Positions 10,055 to 17,719 of a stretch of DNA of 20,000 nucleotides are shown piece after piece; positions within the stretch are counted from its first letter, which is position 1, and each line of letters begins with the position of its first letter. The notes beneath the pieces are model-generated. The model saw nothing but the letters and a program-made list of their open reading frames with translations. It ran no database searches and had not been told where the DNA came from. The stretch lies in the IMG/VR virus record IMGVR_UViG_3300030109_004684, one strand, 5' to 3'. Source of the DNA: an uncultured virus (IMG/VR IMGVR_UViG_3300030109_004684) (taxonomy: Duplodnaviria > Heunggongvirae > Uroviricota > Caudoviricetes > Crassvirales). Made by a program: the position numbers and the translations under genes.

Positions 10055-10272
10055 TAGTATTCTAAGTTATATTCAATAGATATAGCCATATTTTTATTAA
10101 AGTCTTTCCACGGTAAAACCTCTTTACCTTTTCTAATATAAATAGAATATTTATCTTCTTCTTCTATAATATCACATATTGTATGTCCACCGTAAACCTC
10201 TTGACCAACAGCATAATGCATGGCATCATTTTTATAGTCTTTTCCTATTGTAATTTTTCTAATTAATTTCAT
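10054..10272 (-). CDS. Hypothetical phage protein
   Basis: 72-aa ORF overlapping both neighbours in the same orientation. Confidence 0.7.
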   Translation of the reverse strand: MKLIRKITIGKDYKNDAMHYAVGQEVYGGHTICDIIEEEDKYSIYIRKGKEVLPWKDFNKNMAISIEYNLEY

Positions 10273-10516
10273 TGTAATTTATTGTTCCATCAGCAATGTT
10301 TATATCTTCCGTGCCGTAATTTTTCTTAAAACTATCTCTCATTAAAACTAACTCTTCGTTTAGTTTTGCTAAACCGTGAAGTATACTATGCTTTTGTGTT
10401 TCTATTTGCCCTACTTGTAAGTAGTTTTGATTTATTGCGTTTACTAAATTTTGAAGACTATTCAGTTCTTCATTAGTTATTTTTGAGGCTTTCTTTGCCT
10501 TTTTTGTTTTTGCCAT
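10259..10516 (-). CDS. Hypothetical coiled-coil protein
   Basis: 85 aa, basic N-terminus then a heptad-like helix; A-rich leader. Confidence 0.7.
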   Translation of the reverse strand: MAKTKKAKKASKITNEELNSLQNLVNAINQNYLQVGQIETQKHSILHGLAKLNEELVLMRDSFKKNYGTEDINIADGTINYNEIN

Positions 10517-10536
10517 TTTATTTAATTTAAATTAAT

Positions 10537-10764
10537 TTAATCTTCTATTATCCACTCTGATTTACCAAGCTCTGTTAGTATTTCATCGTTTGTATATTGT
10601 GTTTTACCATTTAAAAAGCTTGGAGTATCACCTTCAAACTTTACAAATGTTTTTGTGCCATCATTGTTATACCTTAATGTATTTATTGATGTTTCATCTA
10701 CTTGACTAAAGTCAACACTTGCAACTTCGTCTTTTGTTATTATTATGTATTTTTTATTATTCAT
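10537..10764 (-). CDS. Hypothetical phage protein
   Basis: 75-aa ORF starting 1 nt after the stop of the LamG-domain gene. Confidence 0.7.
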   Translation of the reverse strand: MNNKKYIIITKDEVASVDFSQVDETSINTLRYNNDGTKTFVKFEGDTPSFLNGKTQYTNDEILTELGKSEWIIED

Positions 10765-10765
10765 A

Positions 10766-11494
10766 TTATGGTACGTCTTCTACACCTTGTGCTGGTGTGT
10801 TTATTGGAACACCATCTGCTCCTGTACTTGTTCTGTCTATAAAATTACCACTTGTTTCGTCTAAAGGTAGCCAAGCTACTAAACTAGATATACCGCTAGC
10901 TGAAACATCACCTGGTTTACCACTATTGTAAAGCGTTGTAACATTACCAGGTGATAAAACCGCGTCAAACAAAGAAAGACTACTTAAATGCCCATCAAAA
11001 AAAGCATTGTCAGCATTACCAGGTTTACCTAGATATATCTTATTAGCAGTAGTTGCAAAATTAGTTATTGCATTTGTACCTGTTTCTATGCTATCACCGT
11101 TTATATATATAGCCATTTTGTTAGCAGTTCTATCCCAAGTGGCTACAACATGAACCCAGTTAGAAGTATTAATAGTGTGATCTGCGTTTATAATAGTGTT
11201 GGTACTACCACCTCTACAATTTAGTCTTATTTCGTTACTAGTACTTATATGTAATAATGCTATTTTATTATCGTTGCTTGTGTCTGTATGTAAGTTAAAA
11301 AGAGTGTCATTTTGAAAAGCTGCATCTGCTTTAAACCATATAGAAACACTACCTATGTTTTTAATATCATCTGCTACAGAGTTAGTGATTATAATATGTT
11401 GGTTTGTACCATCTAAATCTACAGATCTAGTAACAGCATATGCTGTCTTTGAATATGCAGGGCTTGATAATGAACTACCTAATCCTAAACCCAT
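10766..11494 (-). CDS. Concanavalin A-like lectin / LamG (Laminin_G_3-type) domain protein, probably virion-associated
   Basis: Typical LamG pattern: SVDLDGTNQHI, GSVSIWFK, WVHVVATWD, MAIYING, IYLGK, FFDGHLSSLSLFDAVLS, LVAWLPLDE. Confidence 0.85.
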   Translation of the reverse strand: MGLGLGSSLSSPAYSKTAYAVTRSVDLDGTNQHIIITNSVADDIKNIGSVSIWFKADAAFQNDTLFNLHTDTSNDNKIALLHISTSNEIRLNCRGGSTNTIINADHTINTSNWVHVVATWDRTANKMAIYINGDSIETGTNAITNFATTANKIYLGKPGNADNAFFDGHLSSLSLFDAVLSPGNVTTLYNSGKPGDVSASGISSLVAWLPLDETSGNFIDRTSTGADGVPINTPAQGVEDVP

Positions 11495-12129
11495 TACTTA
11501 CCGAAATAACAAATTATACCACCATCAGAATCAGCTTCTGGAATTACTTTTGTCCATCTACCGTATATTGTTAACCCTGCTGGGTATTTAGCACCTACAG
11601 CTGTAGTACCACCAGCACCATGGTATTCGTCTAAAAACACTAAAGTTTGAGATGTTGTTGGTGAAATTTCTGTATCTAAAACTAAATTATCTGTACCACC
11701 ATCATAAGAAACAACTCTAACACCTTGTTGGTTTGGACCGTTATATACAGGCGTTTTTGTTTCAGAATCTACAGTTAAACCAGTATCTATATCGTCACCA
11801 TCGTTTACTAACAACACATATTGACCAGGTTTTATTTTAGAATTTGCCGCTGATAACTCTGGAGTTGTTGTGGTTGCGCCTGTAGCAACAGCAGCTTCAG
11901 TTACACCTAAATAGTTGGCAGCTGTAGCCTCCGTGGCGTTTGTACCAAAATATTGAGGCCCATGAGTATCTAATTTTTCTGTTTGAAGAGCGGTTGGAGT
12001 GTTATCAGCTAAAAATGTAATAGCTATAATAACATGATCTTTAGGTGGATAAACTGGTTTTGCTAAGTTTTGAAAAGCACTACCTAATTGTCCAAACCCA
12101 TATGCTATTTCTGTTGAATTTTGTCCCAT
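11494..12129 (-). CDS. Putative virion structural/decoration protein
   Basis: 211 aa, T/A/G-rich beta-type composition, C-terminal YPAGLTIYGRWT...ICYFG; overlaps the LamG gene start (TAATG). Confidence 0.5.
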   Translation of the reverse strand: MGQNSTEIAYGFGQLGSAFQNLAKPVYPPKDHVIIAITFLADNTPTALQTEKLDTHGPQYFGTNATEATAANYLGVTEAAVATGATTTTPELSAANSKIKPGQYVLLVNDGDDIDTGLTVDSETKTPVYNGPNQQGVRVVSYDGGTDNLVLDTEISPTTSQTLVFLDEYHGAGGTTAVGAKYPAGLTIYGRWTKVIPEADSDGGIICYFGK

Positions 12130-12133
12130 AATT

Positions 12134-12520
12134 TTATTTTTTTACTTTTTCTAGTGATCTACCACCGAAGTAGGCACCGATCACCGTTATTAATACTAAT
12201 TGTAATAAGTCCACCCAAGTATCTTTTACTTCAAAAGCAATAACACCAGCATCAATAAATATCATTAACACTGTTGAAACTACTAAAAATATAAGTACTA
12301 AAGGTCTTATGTTTTTACTAAGCCATGAATCAGAGTTCATATCAACGTTCCACCTGTTGGTTACTTCTTTTTGCATTTGTGCTTCGTAACCCATGATCAT
12401 GTCTTTAATTTGTTTTTCTGCTTCTAGTTTTTCTTCTTTAGATGTATGTAAATTATCTATAACACCGCCTACACTTTTTACGAGGTCAGCAGCACCACCT
12501 CCGAATATTTTATCTAACAT
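12134..12520 (-). CDS. Holin (GTA-type 3TM holin family-like)
   Basis: 128 aa. Amphipathic N-terminus, DSWLSKNIRP motif, two hydrophobic helices (LVLIFLVVSTVLMIFI; LLQLVLITVIGAYFGG), AYFGGRSLEK and basic C-terminus. Confidence 0.8.
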   Translation of the reverse strand: MLDKIFGGGAADLVKSVGGVIDNLHTSKEEKLEAEKQIKDMIMGYEAQMQKEVTNRWNVDMNSDSWLSKNIRPLVLIFLVVSTVLMIFIDAGVIAFEVKDTWVDLLQLVLITVIGAYFGGRSLEKVKK

Positions 12521-12532
12521 AATTTTTTATTT

Positions 12533-13183
12533 TTAACCCATATCAGGATCTGAAGAATCTTCATAATCTTTAAATCCTTCGTCTTGATCTGGCTTGTCTT
12601 TTAAACCTGTAATTATATGTCTACCGTCTTTGTCAACATTATAAGTATAATCATTATCTACAACCATACCTTCTTCATTTAATTCTATAACGTTGTTAGG
12701 ATCAGTAAATGTTTTCATTGAACCATCTGAGTCTTCATAACTGTATGTTACTTTTCCAGATTCATCTTTATTCATTTTTAAATATTGTCCAGCTATACTA
12801 CCTTTACTTGCTGGGCTTTGTTCGTCATCAGCATCTCCTTCTGCTTGCATAGGTGATTGAACTGGTTGTTGAACTGGTTGAACAACTTGATTACCAGGAT
12901 TCATTTGTTGACCAGCAGCGCCTTGACCTAAGTTAACAGCTTGATTTGCCATGCCCATAACTTGTTGGTCAGCATTACCTAAACCAAACATACCACCAAA
13001 TGCTTGTCCTATTTTTTTACCAAAAAATATTTTATTTGGACTATCTTCTTCTTTCATTTGAAATGGAGCGGATGTAGCTCTACCGTCTGTAGTTCTTAGA
13101 CCAGCTTCACTAGCTGAGTCTATACCTGGAATATTATTTTTCTTTTTAAAATACTCCATGTTTTTAATTACTTTATTTTCCAT
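12533..13183 (-). CDS. Low-complexity protein carrying DGRxxSxxFQ and SPxK/SPxQ motifs
   Basis: 216 aa. Contains DGRATSAPFQMKEEDSPNK, QSPMQ and QSPASK; G/Q/M-rich middle and acidic C-terminus. Confidence 0.7.
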   Translation of the reverse strand: MENKVIKNMEYFKKKNNIPGIDSASEAGLRTTDGRATSAPFQMKEEDSPNKIFFGKKIGQAFGGMFGLGNADQQVMGMANQAVNLGQGAAGQQMNPGNQVVQPVQQPVQSPMQAEGDADDEQSPASKGSIAGQYLKMNKDESGKVTYSYEDSDGSMKTFTDPNNVIELNEEGMVVDNDYTYNVDKDGRHIITGLKDKPDQDEGFKDYEDSSDPDMG

Positions 13184-13607
13184 ATTTATCTTTTAATTGT
13201 TTAACAGCGGCATTGCCAGCTTTGTAAGCTCTTTTTTCCCAAGGAAAATCTTTATAGCCTTCTTCAACCCACTTGCCATTATACTTTATTTTACCATCTT
13301 TTCTTGGGTATCTTTTACCCTTCCATTCTATCCAATCATCTCCATAATCTAATAGACCTTCGTCCATATCTTTCATGTGCTTACCTTCATGCGCAACAAC
13401 CTCCGCTTCATCTATGCTGTTGTCAGGTATATTTTTATCTACAAATATAGTACCATCGTTATTAGCTTCACCAGCTATACCAGGCTCTAGCTCTACTTTA
13501 AGAACAGTAAATTCAACACCTTCAACCTCAACTTCTTTTCCATTTGGATAAGAGTGTGGTTTTGAAGCGCCTTGACCAGGAAACGGTGGTGTTAGTTTAA
13601 ATCCCAT
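13173..13607 (-). CDS. Zincin-like metallopeptidase (HExxH)
   Basis: 144 aa. IAGEANNDGTIFVD strands precede VVAHEGKHM (HExxH at 13377-13391); downstream PWEKRAY provides a candidate third Glu ligand. Confidence 0.75.
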   Translation of the reverse strand: MGFKLTPPFPGQGASKPHSYPNGKEVEVEGVEFTVLKVELEPGIAGEANNDGTIFVDKNIPDNSIDEAEVVAHEGKHMKDMDEGLLDYGDDWIEWKGKRYPRKDGKIKYNGKWVEEGYKDFPWEKRAYKAGNAAVKQLKDKYGK

Positions 13608-14047
13608 TATCTATCTTTGTCTTTTATCATATCATCTATAGCTTTGTTAAATACTTTATCTGTATATGATTTGTTATTATAAAAAACACTTCTTTCTGAA
13701 AAAGGTAAATCTTCTTGAGCAAGAAGTATTCTATATATTCTACTAATTAACTGAGAGCATTTAAAAGAAGTTTTAAATATAGAATACTTTATTGTAGTTC
13801 TATTTCTGTGTCTCCATACTTCTATCCAACCTTCACTTCTTAATCTCTCCCATCTGTTTTTATCCCATGAGTACGTATATGTACCATCTATAAAATCGTT
13901 TCGTGTAAATCTTTCTTTACAATCTAAGTAAATTAATAATTCTAAGTCTGCGTCTGTTAACCCGTAAGTCTTACAGGCCCATTTTCTAACGAGCCTGTAA
14001 TACTTAAGGATATTTAATTCACGCAGATCATGCGCGGTTAATCTCAA
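13607..14047 (-). CDS. Hypothetical protein, possible winged helix-turn-helix DNA-binding protein
   Basis: 146 aa, TTG start. YGLTDADLELLIYL...WERLRSEGWIEVW resembles the MarR-like pattern (gLt..e..lL..L ... l..L...GwI). Confidence 0.5.
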   Translation of the reverse strand: MRLTAHDLRELNILKYYRLVRKWACKTYGLTDADLELLIYLDCKERFTRNDFIDGTYTYSWDKNRWERLRSEGWIEVWRHRNRTTIKYSIFKTSFKCSQLISRIYRILLAQEDLPFSERSVFYNNKSYTDKVFNKAIDDMIKDKDR

Positions 14048-14049
14048 TT

Positions 14050-14385
14050 CTATGTATCAAGAGTAATAGCGCAAGCTGTGATATTAGAGTCTAAATAAAT
14101 AGAATTAACGTCATCAGCAACAACTATAAGACCATCGTTGTAACCAGGTCCTGTAGCGTGGATAGATCTAGCTATTTTTGACATTACAGCTTTTTCTGAG
14201 TCGTCAGCAATTGTAAGATGAACACTATCGTGCTCAGCTCCAGTTCTACCACCAATAGATGACTTAAACTGTAATTCAAGTACACCGTTAGAAGCACAAG
14301 TCATAGCCAGTAAATTTGCAGCTGGATATGTAGCCGCATCGTCACCATCGTCGATAAACATTAAAAATTTTTGTACATCTGCCAT
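14050..14385 (-). CDS. Hypothetical protein, possibly structural
   Basis: 111 aa, acidic, A/D/S-rich; long A-rich leader. Confidence 0.65.
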   Translation of the reverse strand: MADVQKFLMFIDDGDDAATYPAANLLAMTCASNGVLELQFKSSIGGRTGAEHDSVHLTIADDSEKAVMSKIARSIHATGPGYNDGLIVVADDVNSIYLDSNITACAITLDT

Positions 14386-14392
14386 TTTTTTT

Positions 14393-14456
14393 GTTTTAAG
14401 TTAATAATTCGTTTTAAGTTTTAAGTTTAAGGTTTTAGTTTATGGTTTGGGTTTAA
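14393..14456. repeat. Degenerate 6-7 bp tandem repeat (GTTT-based) in intergenic region
   Basis: GTTTTAA GTTTTAA GTTTAAG GTTTTA GTTTATG GTTTGG GTTTAA at 14411-14456, plus GTTTTAA at 14393-14399. Confidence 0.7.
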
Positions 14457-14466
14457 TCTGTTAAGA

Positions 14467-14880
14467 TTAAGCTAATGATATACCACCATCAAGTTTAGTT
14501 TGACCATTGATGAAGATATTTGTACCATCACACATTAGCTCAACATAGTCTCCTAGTGTTTCAGCACCAAGCTCAAAAGTTATTGTAGTACCACCAACAG
14601 TTGAAGGACCATCATCTGATGTGTCTACTTCTAATTCGTTGATACCTCCTTTCATAACAGCAGCTGTAGCAGTAACTACCCAGTCAGTTGTTGCGAAAGC
14701 AGTTCCTACAATAAATCTACAGTTCCATCCTTCGCCCATATTAGCAACTGATGGTAATGTGATAGCTGCACCAGCAGCCGCGTTTAGTATAAACTCTTTG
14801 TTAGAGTCGCTAGCTAAAACAGTGTACGCGCCTGTTAAGCTGTGTACATTTTTTCTTGTATTAAAAAATACTCTTCCCAT
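14467..14880 (-). CDS. Putative virion decoration/fibre-type beta protein
   Basis: 137 aa, A/G/T-rich. YTVLASDSNKEFILN...ITLPSVA...GWNCRFIV...GDYVELMCDGTNIFI resembles small beta-sandwich domains in phage virion proteins. Confidence 0.55.
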   Translation of the reverse strand: MGRVFFNTRKNVHSLTGAYTVLASDSNKEFILNAAAGAAITLPSVANMGEGWNCRFIVGTAFATTDWVVTATAAVMKGGINELEVDTSDDGPSTVGGTTITFELGAETLGDYVELMCDGTNIFINGQTKLDGGISLA

Positions 14881-14939
14881 TTTTTTTATTTTTATAATTA
14901 ATAATTTGGTTAAGCGATTAAGTGTCGGGTTGTAACAAC

Positions 14940-15197
14940 TTAATCTAATAGTACAACATCTTGTTGTTTTATAACGTTGTAAAATTTATCTTTATGCTGT
15001 ATACCGTGTCCTGCATGTTTATCATAGTATACAACATCATTTTCTTTTATTCCTTCTACAAGGTTACCAACAGATATAACTTTTGCTTTTAAATACCTGT
15101 TGTCCTCGTCTGTTTTTTCTGTTAGTATTAAGCCAGCTACTTTTTTCGTCTCACTTTTAATACGATCTATTATAATGTAGTAATTAACTGCTTTCAT
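14940..15197 (-). CDS. groES: Co-chaperonin GroES (Cpn10)
   Basis: 85 aa. Mobile loop ETKKVAGLILT, AKVISVG, IKENDVVYY, C-terminal VIKQQDVV; overlaps the groEL stop. Confidence 0.9.
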   Translation of the reverse strand: MKAVNYYIIIDRIKSETKKVAGLILTEKTDEDNRYLKAKVISVGNLVEGIKENDVVYYDKHAGHGIQHKDKFYNVIKQQDVVLLD

Positions 15198-16752
15198 TGA
15201 CTCTTATGTTTGAGATTACACAATCAGCAGATATAATAGTAGTCACCACAGAAACCGCATTTTTAAGTGCAGTCTTGGTTACAAGCACTGGATCTATAAT
15301 ACCTTGGTCCACCATATTAACTTCTTTACCTGATACAACATCTATTCCTAAGCCGTTAACAGGCTCTGGTCCTACTTGTTCGAAACCAGCGTTTGATAAT
15401 ATAGTTTTAAACGGAGCTTGTATTGCTTTTGACAATATTTCTTCTCCGCAGCCTTCAGTTTTTGTATTTTGAGATGCGTTTAATAGTGCTATACCACCAC
15501 CTGGTACAATACCTTCTTTTAAAGCAGCTTTTGTAGCGTATATTGCATCTTCAACTCTATCTTTTTTTTCTTTTAGCTCAACTTTTGAATCAGCACCTAC
15601 ACGTATAATACCTACACTACCTGATAACATTGCTATTCTTTGATCTAAAAACTTCTTTAAGAACCCGTTTTTCTCGTTCTTTCTTATTTTTTGTACTTCT
15701 TTTATTCTTTCAGCTACATCTTCATGTGTTTCAAGTGTAGTAATTATTGTATTTTTACTATCTGTTACAGTTTTTTCAACTTCTCCTAAAACATCTAGCG
15801 ATATCCCGTCTAAATCATCGCCTAACTCTTCGTTTATTACTCTAGCACCTGTTAAAATAGCTAGATCTTTTACAGTTTCAGACCTTGTTGGTCCAAAACC
15901 AGGTGTGTCTATAATATTTATTTTGATATTACCCTTAACTTTGTTCATAAGTAATGCGCTTTTCACTTGTTGTGACACTGGCGCTACTATTAAAAGTGAT
16001 TTATTGTTCTTTATAACAAACTCTAGTATGCTTTGTATTTTTCTAACATTAGGTATTTCTGATTCTACAATTAAAACTAGTGGATTATCAAGCACACATC
16101 GTTGTTTATCTGTGTCTGTAACAAAATGAGGTGATGTTAAACCACACTCCACCTGTACACCATCAACTATTTCTATAAAAGTACTTTCGGTTGGTGATTG
16201 TTCCATAATAACTACACCATCTTTACCTACTTTTTTGTATGCTTCTGATATTATTTTACCTAATTCAATATCATTGTTGCAACTAATAGAGCTTACATTG
16301 TCTAACATATCACCTTCTACGGGTATTGATATGTTTTCTAGGTATTTATTTACTTTTAACAAGTAATTACTTATACCTGTTTTTATATCTCTAATAGAGT
16401 TGCTGTTATATTTTTCAAGATTAACTTCTTTTATTAAAGCTTCAGCTAAAACAGTGGCCGTAGTAGTACCATCGCCTGCTTCGGTTACTGTTTTTTGTGC
16501 TGCTTCTTTAACTAGTGTTGCGCCCATGTTTTCAACCGGGTCAAACAAGACAACAGATTCTGCTACTGTTACACCGTCTTTTGTAATAACCGGTTTACCG
16601 CGTCCATCTTCGTATATGACGCACTTCCCTGAAGCGCCAAGTGTGGACTTAACGGCTTGTGCTAGCTTATCAACACCAGCTATTATTCTTTTCTTAGCGT
16701 TATCGCCAAAGTTCAGGTCTTTGACAATTTCGCTAGGTAAATTGTATTCCAT
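15184..16752 (-). CDS. groEL: Chaperonin GroEL (Cpn60), phage-encoded
   Basis: 522 aa with ITKDGVTVA, AGDGTTTATVLA, PGFG, ELKEKKDRVEDA, GIVPGGG and GIIDPVLVTKTALKNAVSV. Confidence 0.97.
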   Translation of the reverse strand: MEYNLPSEIVKDLNFGDNAKKRIIAGVDKLAQAVKSTLGASGKCVIYEDGRGKPVITKDGVTVAESVVLFDPVENMGATLVKEAAQKTVTEAGDGTTTATVLAEALIKEVNLEKYNSNSIRDIKTGISNYLLKVNKYLENISIPVEGDMLDNVSSISCNNDIELGKIISEAYKKVGKDGVVIMEQSPTESTFIEIVDGVQVECGLTSPHFVTDTDKQRCVLDNPLVLIVESEIPNVRKIQSILEFVIKNNKSLLIVAPVSQQVKSALLMNKVKGNIKINIIDTPGFGPTRSETVKDLAILTGARVINEELGDDLDGISLDVLGEVEKTVTDSKNTIITTLETHEDVAERIKEVQKIRKNEKNGFLKKFLDQRIAMLSGSVGIIRVGADSKVELKEKKDRVEDAIYATKAALKEGIVPGGGIALLNASQNTKTEGCGEEILSKAIQAPFKTILSNAGFEQVGPEPVNGLGIDVVSGKEVNMVDQGIIDPVLVTKTALKNAVSVVTTIISADCVISNIRVNESS

Positions 16753-16774
16753 TTAATTAAATTTAATTTATTAT

Positions 16775-17065
16775 TTATTCAAAAGTTTTAACTACTTTAG
16801 GCCCTTTTGTTGCCTCAAGTTTTTTAGTAAAGTGCTCTATGCTACCGTTTATTGCGGTTTCAGCACCTTCTAAAGTTTCTCTTCTAGTAATAGCGTGCCA
16901 CTCATCATTTTCAGGATTAGAACACTCTGTTTGATAAAAACCGTTTGGTAATTGTGTTATCCTCCAGTTTTTCTTTGCTGAAAGATGTTTCCATTGGTTG
17001 ATAGTTTTTTCACTAGGTTTTTGGTTGCTAGTATATGTACTAGTCTTGTAATATAAATACGTCAT
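16775..17065 (-). CDS. Hypothetical phage protein
   Basis: 96-aa ORF with globular-looking sequence (NWRITQLPNGFYQTE, ITRRETLEGAE), upstream of groEL. Confidence 0.75.
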   Translation of the reverse strand: MTYLYYKTSTYTSNQKPSEKTINQWKHLSAKKNWRITQLPNGFYQTECSNPENDEWHAITRRETLEGAETAINGSIEHFTKKLEATKGPKVVKTFE

Positions 17066-17101
17066 TTTTTGGTTTGGTTTGGTTAATATTAATTTTTATA
17101 C

Positions 17102-17719
17102 TTAGTATCTAACGTTACTACCGTATAACTCGTTTATTTTGTTTTGTATCTTTGCGTGCTCAGGATTAGTTTTTGGATTCCAAGTTCCCATGTCTTGAAT
17201 TGAAGATCTTAAATCAGTCATTTCATTTTTGTTGTCAGTAATTTTATAATCTTCTGGTGTTACCTTTATCTCTTCTAAATTTTTTCTTATTGGTTCAGGT
17301 TCTTCGGTTTCTATAGGATTACCAAACTCATCTTTAGTAGGATCATAAACATCACCCATTTGATATTTGTTTTCAAGATGTGATTGATCTATGGCTTCTT
17401 CGTTCATTTTATCTAACTCTTCTTGTTCAGCAAGAGCATCTTTAGCTTTAGCAGCTTTTCTTCTTTTAGCTAGTTGTGCTAACTCAAAAGCAGCATAGCC
17501 CCAACCTTGTTTCGTGCCGGAAAATTCTTTTTGACCATCTTCTACATCAAAGTTTAATTTAGGATCGTAATCATCTACATCACCTAACTTTGTTTTTGGC
17601 ACGTCTACAGGATCTTCCTCTTGTTGGAAAGCGGAAGAACCAGGTCTTCCGTCTTCCAAGTTATTTGAAGGAAAACCCTTGCGTTTCATTATGAATTTTG
17701 CTTTTGATTTTCTAGCCAT
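17102..17719 (-). CDS. Acidic low-complexity protein with basic N-terminal leader and DGRxxSxxFQ motif
   Basis: 205 aa, starting MARKSKAKFIMKRKGFP...DGRPGSSAFQQEED; overlaps the upstream gene's stop. Confidence 0.7.
   Translation of the reverse strand: MARKSKAKFIMKRKGFPSNNLEDGRPGSSAFQQEEDPVDVPKTKLGDVDDYDPKLNFDVEDGQKEFSGTKQGWGYAAFELAQLAKRRKAAKAKDALAEQEELDKMNEEAIDQSHLENKYQMGDVYDPTKDEFGNPIETEEPEPIRKNLEEIKVTPEDYKITDNKNEMTDLRSSIQDMGTWNPKTNPEHAKIQNKINELYGSNVRY

Noticed and set aside
12857..12880. Perfect 12-bp tandem duplication (TTGAACTGGTTG x2) encoding QPVQ repeats
   Set aside because: Simple in-frame slippage in a low-complexity linker.
14393..14456. CRISPR-like array suggested by GTTTTA starts
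   Set aside because: Units are 6-7 bp and contiguous with no spacers.
14929..14939. Short inverted repeat GTTGT-A-ACAAC after groES
   Set aside because: Only 5-bp arms with a 1-nt spacer; too short to distinguish from chance and not terminator-like.
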